A DNA stretch of 64,000 bases from positions 9,548,001 to 9,612,000 of the forward strand of contig OX442314.1 in the NCBI GenBank assembly GCA_949358305.1, given 5' to 3'. The position numbers and the translations under genes were made by a program. The notes under the pieces were generated by a model. The model saw nothing but the letters and a program-made list of their open reading frames with translations, searched no databases and was not told where the DNA came from. Position 1 is the stretch's first letter; each line of letters starts with the position of its first letter. Of the stretch, positions 46,113 through 57,117 are shown piece after piece. This DNA comes from Strigamia acuminata. Lineage: Eukaryota.

Positions 46113-49100
46113 ACGCAGATCCATCAGGTCTAGTGGACGCTGCGTCACCTCCGAAATCGGAATCAGAGAATGAAAATCTGAAGATAATGGAAGATGTTGG
46201 AGAAGCTATTGATGAATTAATTCATCAAACTGAACTAAAAGAAAATGGATCTCTTGATGTAAAAAAGGAGATTGTCGGCGAAACCCCGACTGAAGAAGAC
46301 ACTTCCAATATTCAAGATAAAGTCGAAGTTAAAGACGATAGACCAAGCTCAGTTCCAGAGACACCTGGAATTGAGGAGTGCATTAAGTTATTTGCAGCTA
46401 CAACTCTTGATACCAATGAGTTATTAGATGAATTGCCTTTGGAGCCTCCAATTACAATTCCTCATAAATTGCGCAAGTTTGAGTGCAAAGTGGCTGGAAT
46501 ACCAAACAGCCAAGACCTTCCGACGTTAAAGTTAGAAACGTTAAAAGGTGTAATAACCGGAATGTTGGACTCAGGAGCAAATAAAAGCTTCCTAGCCACT
46601 TCAGTTATTAATCAATTAGGTCTAGAAAAATATCTACGACCTATCGGACCTGGTGTCAGAGTTACAACGGCAAGTGAAGAAGTCACTCCAGATGGAACCA
46701 TCCATCTTTCATTTCGATGGACACATGGCACGTTACGTCATCCGTTCATCGTAATACCAAATAAGTATCCAATGGTACTATTGGGTTGCGATTTTATGAA
46801 TAAATTAAAAATCCAACCTAATCCACAGACGATGTCTTGGAATTTCACGCAACCTGTGGATGCAGATTTACCCTACATTCCACAAGCGTTGCTGGATCGT
46901 TATTTGGAGAAAATAGAGGAACCCGATTCCTCATTTGTGACCTTTGCAAAAGCTTACGCTGCAAGTGTAACTCAAAGCAAAATTGATGAAGAGAATTTCA
47001 TCCAAAAGTTAGTCAAAGAAGCTAACTTAAATTTGGAGCAATCCAAATTATTAGAAAAGATGTTATCCAAACATAAAAGGATTATTTCTAAAGATCCAGG
47101 TAAAACACACCTGGTTAAGCACAAAATTGAGCTTGACACGGAGAAACCCATCCGTGTCCCCTTTAAGAGCATAAACCCTCAAAAAAGGGAAATAATCAGA
47201 CAACTTTGTCAAGACATGATTGACAAAGGCGTAGTCGTCAAAGCTGAAGGCGATTACGGAATGAGGCCAGTCCTAGTCATGCGACCAGGAAACGACCCAC
47301 GCTTGTGCATTGATTTTCGCCCCATCAATACACATACTAAGTACAACCCACCTCAAATGCCAACAATTGAGGAAATTCTGCGAGAAATCGGAGAATTCGA
47401 ATGGGTCAGTACTATAGATCTGACCAAGGGATATTGGCAGATAGAATTGCGACCTGAAGACAGAGAAAAAACTGCCTTCTGGAGCCCAATGGGAAGACTA
47501 ATGTTTTTAGTCATGCCTTTCGGATTAGTAAACGCACCAACTACCTTCCAAGAATTAATGGAAAAAGTTTTGGGTGACGTTTACAGAAAATTTGCATGGG
47601 CATATTTGGATGACATAATTGTTGTATCCAAATCGTTCGAAGAACACATTAAACATTTAGATATAGTGTTTAAAAAATTGGCAGAAGCTAATTTACATGC
47701 GCACCCTGGCAAGACGCATCTCTGTAGAAAGGAATTAATTTTTCTAGGCTACAAAGTAGGAGTAGAAGGACTTGCAGTAGACCCTAAAAAAGTCGCTGCA
47801 ATTACGCAATTTCCTGCTCCTACCAATCTTAAGGAATTACAAAGATTTCTAGGCATGGTGAATTTCTTTCACCGCCTAATCAAGAATTTGGCCACAGTGG
47901 CAGAACCACTAAGGCCACTCTTGAAGAAAGATGCGGAGTTCGATTGGGAACTGCATCATCAGGCAGCATTCGACGCAATAAAAGACTTGCTTACGAATGC
48001 TGAAACAATGAAGATGCCTGACTTGTACATGCCATTTATTGTTCATACTGACGCCAGTAAACAAGGGTTGGGTGCAGCCCTTACACAAAAGAAAAATGTG
48101 GATGGCCAAGAAGTCGAAATGCCATGCGTGTATGCAAGCAGAAGCTTGCAACCCGCTGAAAAGAATTATACTGTGACAGAATTAGAATGTCTCGCAGTAG
48201 TATGGGGATTACGCAAATTTCGCCCATACTTAGAGTACACTACATTCACTGTACAAACGGATCACCAAGCACTTAAGTGGTTGATGTCGTTATCTGACCC
48301 GTCGGGCAGATTAGCTCGTTGGCAAATGGAGCTGATGGCGTATTCGTTCGAAATACAATACGTCAAAGGTCCGCTAAATGTAATAGCAGACGCATTGTCA
48401 CGTGCACCTGTCAGCGCACCTGACGAACCAGAAGACGATGGCGATAATGATGATTTATTATCATATTGTCCATCTCCTTGCCGAAGTTGGCAAATGGGAA
48501 AATTGAATGAATTACCCAAGTCGATAATAGTTAATGAAGACGATCAAGCATTAATCAATTTTTGTATTAACATGCATGATCCGTCAGGAACCCCTGACGT
48601 CGAATTAAGGGCTATGATGGCTAAAAAATTCGAGCTGCCAACAACAAATGTTTTAATTAAAGCATTTGCAGCTAAAATTGCCAAACAATTGGAATGTGAT
48701 CCTCCAACGAGAGATGACATTATTGCGGCGCAAAAAGCAGACAAATTTTGCCAACATATTCGCAATTACTTGTTAAACAAGCAATACCCAAGTTACATAG
48801 TAACTCGTCTTCAAAGAAGAAATTTTGAAAGACACGCGAGTACTTATCTCATTGAAGAAGATATGTTACTCCATTATCATCCTACCTCTACCGATGAATT
48901 GGGAGAGGATGGTAGGGCACTTAAAGTTGTTGTGCCAAGAAAATTGATTTATAAAATCATTTGGTTGATGCACGGACATCCACTGTCCGGCCACCCAGGC
49001 ATTGCGAGGACAATGTACCGAACTCGAAGAGTTTATACCTGGAAAGGTATGAAACGTGATATTACACGTTTTATTCAACATTGTCAAGGATGTCAGGCAT

Positions 49101-50359
49101 GTAAGCCGAGATCAAAGACCGAAATTGAAGGCGCTCAAATTGGACCATTTGGACCATTTGACTGCCTCAGTGTGGATTTGTCTGGTCCCAAACCAAGAAC
49201 CAGAAAAAACAATACCCACATTTGCGTCATCGTAGATGTCGCTACACATTGGCCCGAATTATTTCCAATGTGTAATCCAACGGCAATAAAAGTTGCCAAC
49301 ACAATTTATCACTTATCAATGACTTTCGGATTTCCGAGACAAATCATAAGTGATAATGGACCACAATTTCGATCACAGGTCTATAAAGAATTTTGCAAAA
49401 AATTCGACATGTCGCGAACACCGACATCGATTTATCATCCACAAAGCAATCCTGTGGAGAGAACCAATCGAGATATTAAATATTTAGTTTCGATTTATTT
49501 AGATATTCATGACCAATGGGATGAGTATCTACGCGAATTTGCATTCAGTTTGAGAACAACTGTAACAAGAGGCAGAGATTATTCTCCTGCTTTCTTAAAT
49601 TTTTTCCGAGAATTAAGAATTCCTTGGGATCCAAGAATTCCGGAAGGAATTTTAGTCATTGATCCAAAAAATCCGCATTTATATGTTCAGAAATTAGAAA
49701 CAATAATTGCAGAGACGTATCAGCATATGATGTCTCACGTCTTAGATTTGAGACGCCGTGTCGAAGCTGAAAAATCAGATAAGAAATTCGACAACTTCAG
49801 ACAAAATGATTTAGTCTGGCGAGAGTCTCATATTCTCTCAAATGCCGCTAAAGGAATAGCAGCAGGCATTTCACCGAAAAGGAATGGGCCTTATGTAATT
49901 ATCAAAAGGTTACAAGGAGGCGCCTTTCAACTTCGACGGCTGAGTGATAATAAAATTTATCCAGCTGTTCACGGCACTGAATTAATGCCGTACTTTCCCG
50001 TTTTCAACCAAGAAATTTGGCTGGAAGGGGAGGAAGTGGGTCAAAAAACAAAGAATATTGTTAATACCTTGGATGATGCTAAATTATCCAAAATTCCTGT
50101 CGAAAACACGGAATCGAGTAAAAAATCGAAACTCAAAAATAACGAAGTCGATGAAATAAACCAGCGACTTGAAAATGTTTCTCTTGATGAAAATCTAGAA
50201 AAGGAAATGTTTTTAGAAAAAGAGAAAATTTCAAACAATGAAGTATATAACTCATCTGACATTGGAGACGATGCTGATGACAATCTAAACAAGTTGGATT
50301 GTACTTCGCGAAAGTCAAAGTACAACTTGAGATCTCGCGTTCCGCGAGCCAAGACATAG
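46106..50359 (+). CDS. pol: Pol polyprotein (PR-RT-RH-IN) of element B, reached by -1 frameshift
   Basis: MLDSGA, YLDD, TDASKQGLGA, HGHPLSGH..CQGC, SDNGPQF, ERTNR and GPY motifs. Confidence 0.97.
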   Translation, partial: LVDADPSGLVDAASPPKSESENENLKIMEDVGEAIDELIHQTELKENGSLDVKKEIVGETPTEEDTSNIQDKVEVKDDRPSSVPETPGIEECIKLFAATTLDTNELLDELPLEPPITIPHKLRKFECKVAGIPNSQDLPTLKLETLKGVITGMLDSGANKSFLATSVINQLGLEKYLRPIGPGVRVTTASEEVTPDGTIHLSFRWTHGTLRHPFIVIPNKYPMVLLGCDFMNKLKIQPNPQTMSWNFTQPVDADLPYIPQALLDRYLEKIEEPDSSFVTFAKAYAASVTQSKIDEENFIQKLVKEANLNLEQSKLLEKMLSKHKRIISKDPGKTHLVKHKIELDTEKPIRVPFKSINPQKREIIRQLCQDMIDKGVVVKAEGDYGMRPVLVMRPGNDPRLCIDFRPINTHTKYNPPQMPTIEEILREIGEFEWVSTIDLTKGYWQIELRPEDREKTAFWSPMGRLMFLVMPFGLVNAPTTFQELMEKVLGDVYRKFAWAYLDDIIVVSKSFEEHIKHLDIVFKKLAEANLHAHPGKTHLCRKELIFLGYKVGVEGLAVDPKKVAAITQFPAPTNLKELQRFLGMVNFFHRLIKNLATVAEPLRPLLKKDAEFDWELHHQAAFDAIKDLLTNAETMKMPDLYMPFIVHTDASKQGLGAALTQKKNVDGQEVEMPCVYASRSLQPAEKNYTVTELECLAVVWGLRKFRPYLEYTTFTVQTDHQALKWLMSLSDPSGRLARWQMELMAYSFEIQYVKGPLNVIADALSRAPVSAPDEPEDDGDNDDLLSYCPSPCRSWQMGKLNELPKSIIVNEDDQALINFCINMHDPSGTPDVELRAMMAKKFELPTTNVLIKAFAAKIAKQLECDPPTRDDIIAAQKADKFCQHIRNYLLNKQYPSYIVTRLQRRNFERHASTYLIEEDMLLHYHPTSTDELGEDGRALKVVVPRKLIYKIIWLMHGHPLSGHPGIARTMYRTRRVYTWKGMKRDITRFIQHCQGCQACKPRSKTEIEGAQIGPFGPFDCLSVDLSGPKPRTRKNNTHICVIVDVATHWPELFPMCNPTAIKVANTIYHLSMTFGFPRQIISDNGPQFRSQVYKEFCKKFDMSRTPTSIYHPQSNPVERTNRDIKYLVSIYLDIHDQWDEYLREFAFSLRTTVTRGRDYSPAFLNFFRELRIPWDPRIPEGILVIDPKNPHLYVQKLETIIAETYQHMMSHVLDLRRRVEAEKSDKKFDNFRQNDLVWRESHILSNAAKGIAAGISPKRNGPYVIIKRLQGGAFQLRRLSDNKIYPAVHGTELMPYFPVFNQEIWLEGEEVGQKTKNIVNTLDDAKLSKIPVENTESSKKSKLKNNEVDEINQRLENVSLDENLEKEMFLEKEKISNNEVYNSSDIGDDADDNLNKLDCTSRKSKYNLRSRVPRAKT

Positions 50360-50701
50360 TGTTGTCTTTCACCTTTTGGGTTTACCCAAAAGATCCGAGA
50401 AAGCAATCTCGTGACGTCATTCGTAGTACCCACTCGAATGACAACGTTAATCATACGTTATAATTAGTGACGTCACAAAGCGTCTCTAATCCAAGTTCGT
50501 GTTTGCAATCAACGAACTTAGTCACTTTTTCAAAAGTTTCGAGAGTGTATGCATCGCATCGCCTACGTTACGACCCGAATAGTTCGACAACCTGATCGTA
50601 AGTAATTTTTCTGTATGAAAAATTTGATAAAACATAAGATTTATGTATTATTTCTCTTTCAAGACGAAAGAATTTCCGAAATTACCGGAAAACGAAAGAG
50701 A

Positions 50702-53342
50702 ATGGACGAGGAAGCGATCCAACTCCAGGCGGACGGAGAAATGCCCATGGAAGGGGCAAATGAAGACGTTCAATTGACGCTTCAACAACGGGTAAATTAT
50801 TAGAATAAATTTTTACCAAGTGTTTAAGTCAGAAAAATTGAGTAATTTCACTTTTCCTGACTTCAAACACAAGCCGCTAAAAAATAAAAATGGCGGCTAT
50901 AAAAGTCACGTGCTTCAAGCATGTGCGAAGGGAGTTGCCATGACAACCAACATCCCTTAGTGACTCACAGCCACAAGCGCTAAGCTTAAAAAAATATTTC
51001 AAATAAGAAATTATTTGTTTATTTTTAAATAAACTAATTTATTTATTTTTCTTCGAATATAGATCGAGAGGGATCGAGAAACGCCATTCGCGCTTCCCGA
51101 TCACGTGCCGACTCAGCACCCGCTGATTTTTCGAGCGGCATTGCCCGAAAAAATCAGAAGACTGAAGACGGCAAACAATACCTGGTGGAAGTTGCGCCAC
51201 GACTTCAGCAGATCAGCGCTGCAAGGATTTGGTGCAAAAGGAAGATTCATCGAGCGCCTTCACGTGGACGGTGTCGACGAAATCGAGTGGACGCTCGACG
51301 AGAGCCCCCCAGGACCGCTTGCAGCAGAGTTGCTGCACAACCAGTGGCCAGTGACGCCACGAGAGCGTCACGAGCGCAGAAGAGCGCTAAAGAGTACCGG
51401 AATTAATTACGGTGCTCTAACCCAATTGAGGAAGAACCTCAAGACGACACAACGCGAAGTCGTTAAACGGTATCGCAAATCCGTTCGTGACGGGAACCCA
51501 CAACTTCCCGTCACACAAACCGAGCTCCACCAGTTGGCGCTCGCCGGGTGTTTTAACGATTTTCCGGGATTTTTCCCGTCCAAAGCACTCCGAGCTGCCG
51601 CGGTGCAGCTTCGCGTCAACGAAAATCGACAACTGGCTCGAGAACACGAGGCAGAGGAGCAAGCGCGTTGCGCTCTCCCTTTTTATCAAGAAGATGAAAT
51701 TCCGGCCCCAGCGGCCATCAATCCTCCGCCGCAAGACGAGGATTTGAGGGTGGGGCAACTCCCTCCGCCGGTTCCAGTCCGACCGATGTTCCGCGAATCA
51801 AGCCGCGATCGAGAGGAACGTCAGAAGCGATCACGCCCATATTCGACTGACGCGCAGCCATCACGCCCGCAGTCGCGACGAGGACGGACACCAGAGTCGT
51901 TTGGCTCGTCGTCTTCGCTGAGTTTTGAATCGGACTCCACAATTAAGTCCGCCCGAAGTAGCCGAACCGCCTCCACGTTCAAAGTGGACAACTCGGCTAC
52001 TCCATACGCCATGAGACGTGTTGTCGGTGATATTTCTCCCGACTGTAGCGTGCCAGTACCTGGACATGCTAGCCGCTTGCCCGAACAAGGATATGTTTCC
52101 CGCTTGCCGGCTGGAGTTAGCAACCTGCAACTCCGGCCATTTTTTAGTGAGTCATTCGGCCCACAATGGACCTGCTACGAGCAGCAACCCATTAGAGCAC
52201 AGCAGGAAGTGCTCCAGAAGCTGGACGCATACCAAAGCGCCCAGATCGCCGAGTCGCAGAAGGACTGGCAGAGACTAGCTGAAAGGCTAGAAGTCTCCGA
52301 CATCAATACCATTGATGATCCCCGTCTGATGGATTTTCAGCGTCAGCTAATTCCGGGGATGACTAGGGTGTTGTACCCTGGTGTTCTTCCTTCGCCAGGA
52401 CAGGCGTTAGCGGCCATAACGTACCTTTGGACCGCGCCGATGGGCCTGTCGGAGAAGAAAGTCGAGCTGTGGTACCACCTCAGGCTCGACCCGCCTACGA
52501 TCTTAGCCGAGCTAATAAAGCAAGTCGTAGCAAACGGTGAGACCGAAGAAGAGGCCGCCGTTCGGTTGCGAACCGAGTGGTCCTTTGCGAAGGCCACGGC
52601 GCGAATGACCGGAAGACCACCGCTTCCAGTTACAAGCGCCACAGCAGCTGCGTCACTGGCTGTTTTCCAGTCGGCCCAAGAGGGCGCTGGATGTTCATTT
52701 TGGCCAGAGAACGCCGGAAGTTCTCAAACTCCAGCCGGAGTTCAACGGGTAGTCGAAACCCGTCAGCTCCCCGGTATGGGTCGAGCACCGGGACGAGGCG
52801 TCACACCCTCGTCAACCTCCGCACCCGCGTTGGTTTTCTTGGGCCCGCAGTGCCAGTTTGACGATGCCACGACGGAAGACTCACGTCCGCCGCCGCCGCC
52901 AGCCAAGCCGGAGACGAAGGTCAAGCCGCTGAAAAAAGAGTCGGCTTTCAAGACCCTAATGCGCCTGTATCCGCACTTCTATTTGACGCCGGATACGCGA
53001 ACACTGCTTAGCAACAACCACAAGTTGTCGAGGCAGGTGTTTATGTGGCTCGAGGACCACATCCGGGTGTTAAGCCCACCATCGGTGCTCCATGATCGAC
53101 TCCTGAGAGCACGATTAGCGCCAGAGGATCCAATCGAGTTCGCGGCGCTAGGATGCTTCAACCGAGCGAACTCGGCAAGAATCATCCAGGTTTGGCTTCA
53201 TGTCAACCCTGGAATGGTCTCCGGACCAAACGCAGGTCGCGACCTGTGTACGGTTAACGAGCGGTCCAACCCGAGGGACGACACCACGGATATGATGCGC
53301 CCGTTGACGCCTGAGCGAACTCAGACCATGGACGAATCATAA
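50702..53342 (+). CDS. Element B accessory ORF3 (about 790 aa), exons 50702-50791 and 51063-53342; non-Env
   Basis: ATG 50702...CGG|GTAAAT and TTTTCTTCGAATATAG|ATC join in phase 0 into the 745-aa ORF; homologous to 1768-4815. Confidence 0.85.
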
Positions 53343-53394
53343 ATTGGTTCGTTCATTTTCTCTCCATGTAAGATTCGTCTTAAATGGGGGGATG

Positions 53395-54378
53395 TGTGGT
53401 GATCTCAAAATATTCACCAACTTAGAAGATTAAATTAATTATCTTCTAATTAATTTGACTGTGGCACACGCCAAGTCAGATCATGTGACCGAGGGGAGAA
53501 ATCCTCTCTAGGCACATATCACCCCAGGTTGTCCGGGGTGAAAACGGTTATTAGCCGTTATGGTGCAATATGGTGTAATAACCACTAGTTGCACCCATTT
53601 GAGCTAAGTGCGCAGGTTTTCTGCGCAATATTGAAGCGTGCTGGGCTCGCGTCTTGGCTCAAATCGGGACTCTGAAAAATACAACAACAACCTCAACATC
53701 ACTGCGATATTTGCTCCGACAATACGTATTGATAGAGGACCGTTGTAACTCAGTTTCATCTGCTATCTTTGTGTCATCCAAAGCACAAAGCCAGCAATTC
53801 AGCTTGAATTAGCCGTCGCTAATTCCAGCTATCGAGAAGAAGAAGTTTCCTGATCCAAGTGAACCATCGCCATCGTTGCCGCGCGAACGGCAACCATCGC
53901 CATCGTACCTGGACCAGACGCCTACAGCCGTCAACCACCGCCGCCGAGCCGTCGCACGAGCCGTAGAAGAAACCCACGAGAACCATCGTCTTCGACCATC
54001 GTTCGTGAGTTTGCCGAGAACGAAGACATTTGCCTTCGATCAACAACATCTCGTTGTTTAAGCGCCATTTCTGACGCTTTGTAGCTTGCAACAGTCGTTG
54101 CAAGCCCTTCCTTTGTTTCATTGTTTCCCGCTCATTTTATTCTTGCGACTTGTTGCATATCGTGATATTCATAATCATTATTAATATATATATTGTAATT
54201 TAAACCGAATAAATAATTGTGTGATTTTTATTACCATAATAAACTGTCTTTTTATTCCTATTTTCGTAAACTTAACCCTAGACAAGTTTCGGCCGCGATA
54301 TAAGTCTTGTTAAGCATTCACCTGCGGTTTCTGCTTAATTTATTAGAAATTAAGTGGATAAAAACCCGGATCGCAGCA
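53395..54378 (+). repeat. 3' LTR of element B
   Basis: Preceded by PPT-like AAATGGGGGGATG; no differences from the 5' LTR noticed by eye. Confidence 0.95.
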
Positions 54379-55405
54379 CGAACATCATTGTGCAGTAGTT
54401 TAGCTAATTTTTCTTTGGCTCGTACTATTTTTGTAGATTCTCGGCAATGAACAATAAGTGGAAAATGAATAATTTTGTCTCTAACCAGAATAACAGTTTT
54501 GACGAGTGGATAATCAAAATAAGTTTTAATCGATGCGTAAACTTGGCAAATCGATATTAACATCAGAAATAGTAGCACAATTGTTTTTCAGTTTATTTCC
54601 TTTTTTTGCTTTCAATTTAATTTTTAGAATTGCTTGAATTTTGCCGCCTAACTTGGCATTTGATTTAGTTGTTTTTCTGAACATTGAAAGAAGCATTTTG
54701 TAGCAGTGAACAAATATTTCAACGAGTGATAAACAAGATATTCCAAAGTAGAGTCCAATGTTTCCGCCAATGTCGCATAGTAAAGAGATTACGTCATAAG
54801 AAAATTTTTCTTGCAGTGTACAAACGTAATTATTCACAACAGAAACATGAATAATATTCTCAGAATAGGGTATTGTATCAAAGGATGTGCTGAGTTGTGT
54901 CACATCACATAAATTAGGACATTTGCACAGTTGTATTGCATGTTTCCATTTGAACTTCCATTTAAACTGATACCTCTGAACATCTTTCTTACATTCAGGT
55001 AGCTTTCTTGCATCGTAAAATGGATATCTGTGGTATGTTTTACTAATCTGTCTTTAAAATGAACAGAAAACTGATGCAGTGCACACACTTGATCCAGTAA
55101 AACCAAGTAAATGATAAAGCATAGACAAAAAACTTGACTTAAGGTGGAAATACAAGGGAGAGGGTAAAATTCCAAAGCTTGCTAGTACAAGTTTAAAGAG
55201 GAAGTCAATTACAAGCTCACTTGACTCGCCTTTGGCTTACCAGCTTAACTGGCAAACTCAAGCTATACTCTTTCCGCACTCAAGAAGAGCCCTGGAAGCT
55301 GGGTTCCCATTGGCCTAGTCCAGGGGTCGGCAACCTTTTGAGACGAAAGAGCCAAAAGTTAAAATTTCCATAATTTCCCAGTTTTTAAAGAGCCACTAAC
55401 ATATA

Positions 55406-56896
55406 CAACCCCTGGCAAAAAGTTTGGAATCATCACCACCTTAAACTGAAAATGCAACAATAAAGTGCTGTAGCACAATAATGAGTAAACTTTGTTGAAA
55501 AACAAATAAATTAGCTTGAAAGAGCATTGTTTTATCTACATTTTCACTTTAAAAAAAACAGTAGAACTTCAACTAGTGATGAAATAAAAAATCATTACAA
55601 AATCAACACAGGGAAATTAATTTGGAATCATACAAATCTGAGGAAAAAAGTTTGGAATCAAACAAAAAAAGTGCTGTTTACTTCCATTTAAAATTTTTAA
55701 AATCATTCCAATTCAATGAACTACTCATCTAAATGTCACATGTGTCTAGCCACATGTCCAAGTCACATGATTAGGATTTAAAAATGGCTTCTACGAAGTT
55801 AATGTCTACTGATCTCAAAGACAAAATTATCAAGGCATGAAAAGAAGGAAGAACTCAAAAAGATGTTGCAGTTGTGTTCAGTATTACCCAATCTGCTGTA
55901 TTTAACGTTTGGACAAAATATCAAGAGACAGGAAGTGATAAAAATCGCCCTAAACTGGTAGACCAAAAAAAACTTCAAAACGATAGGATAGGAAATTGCG
56001 GAAAATTATAAAAAAAATGTGGAAAAACACATCAAATGAGATGAATCAGGAGTGGAGTAAAGCCACTGTCAAAGTGTGCGACAGCACAGTCAAAAATCGA
56101 CTCAATGAAATGGGTTTTAAATCCAGAAAAACTAAAGTAAAACCATTTCTAACCAAAAAGCACAGGTAAGCAAGATTAAAATGGGCAAAACAACATAAAC
56201 ACTGGACTTCTCATGACTGGAGTAAAGTCATATTCAGTGATGAGTCCAGAATTTGCCTTGAACTTGGAGATAACATTTGTCTGGAGGCGCATTGATGAGA
56301 AGTTCAACAGTGATTGCCTCAAATCTTCTATTAAATTCCTCAATTTTCGATGGTTTGGAGCTGCATATCTTCAGAAGGCACTGGACATTTGAAAATGATA
56401 AATGAGACATTCAATGCAGCTATATACACAGATATTTTGTACTATTTTTACTGCCAACAATCGAGGATCACATTGGGTAACTTATCAGAACCACAACGCT
56501 CCCTGACACAGAGTCAAGGATGTGAAACAATACCTTCAAGAAAAATAATGCAATTGACACATATGACTTATAGATGAGTCATTGATTAAATTGGAATGAT
56601 TTAAAAAATTTTAAATGGACCTAAACAGCACTTTTTTTGTTTGATTCCAAACTTTTTTCCTCAGATTTGTATGATTCCAAATTAATTTCCCTGTGTTGAT
56701 TTTGTAATGATTTTTTATTTCATCACTAGTTGAAGTTCTACTGTTTTTTTTAAAGTGAAAATGTAGATAAAACAATGCTCTTTCAAGCTAATTTATTTAT
56801 TTTTCAACAAAGTTTACTCATTATTGTGCTACAGCACTTTATTGTTGCATTTTCAGTTTAAGGTGGTGATGATTCCAAACTTTTTGCCAGGGGTTG
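55406..56896 (+). mobile_element. Degenerate Tc1-like transposon with about 300-bp IR/DR-type TIRs
   Basis: TA|CAACCCCTGGC...GCCAGGGGTTG|TA; internal direct repeats AAAAAGTTTGGAATCA; GRPKKT, WSKVIFSDES and MVWSCIS transposase motifs with stops. Confidence 0.92.
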
Positions 56897-56925
56897 TATA
56901 TACTCTGTATATACTGTATATATTG

Positions 56926-57117
56926 CTTTAGCGACGCCCGTTTTAGCAACGCCGTGTTTCAGCTGCTTAGATTCAGCTAGGTTAGGTTAGTTTAGGTCAG
57001 GTCAGGTTAGGTTAGGTTAGTTTAGGTCAGGTTAGGTTAGTTTGGTTAGGTTAGGTCATGTTAGGTCACGTTTAATTAGATTAAAAAACGGCGTCGCTAA
57101 AACGGGCGTCGCTAAAG
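56926..57117. mobile_element. Small MITE with (GGTTA)n core
   Basis: TIR CTTTAGCGACGCCCGTTTTAGC flanking degenerate TTAGG repeats. Confidence 0.7.

Larger units (their letters stand above)
41991..54378 (+). mobile_element. Full-length Ty3/gypsy LTR retrotransposon B (12.4 kb)
   Basis: 984-bp LTRs TGTGG...CAGCA, TSD CGAA (41987-41990 and 54379-54382), PBS, PPT, gag, pol and ORF3. Confidence 0.97.

Noticed and set aside
51105..53342. Calling ORF3 env
   Set aside because: Position fits, but no signal peptide, TM anchor or Env-like Cys pattern is visible
56975..57070. TTAGG repeats as an interstitial telomere
   Set aside because: Short, degenerate and enclosed by MITE TIRs
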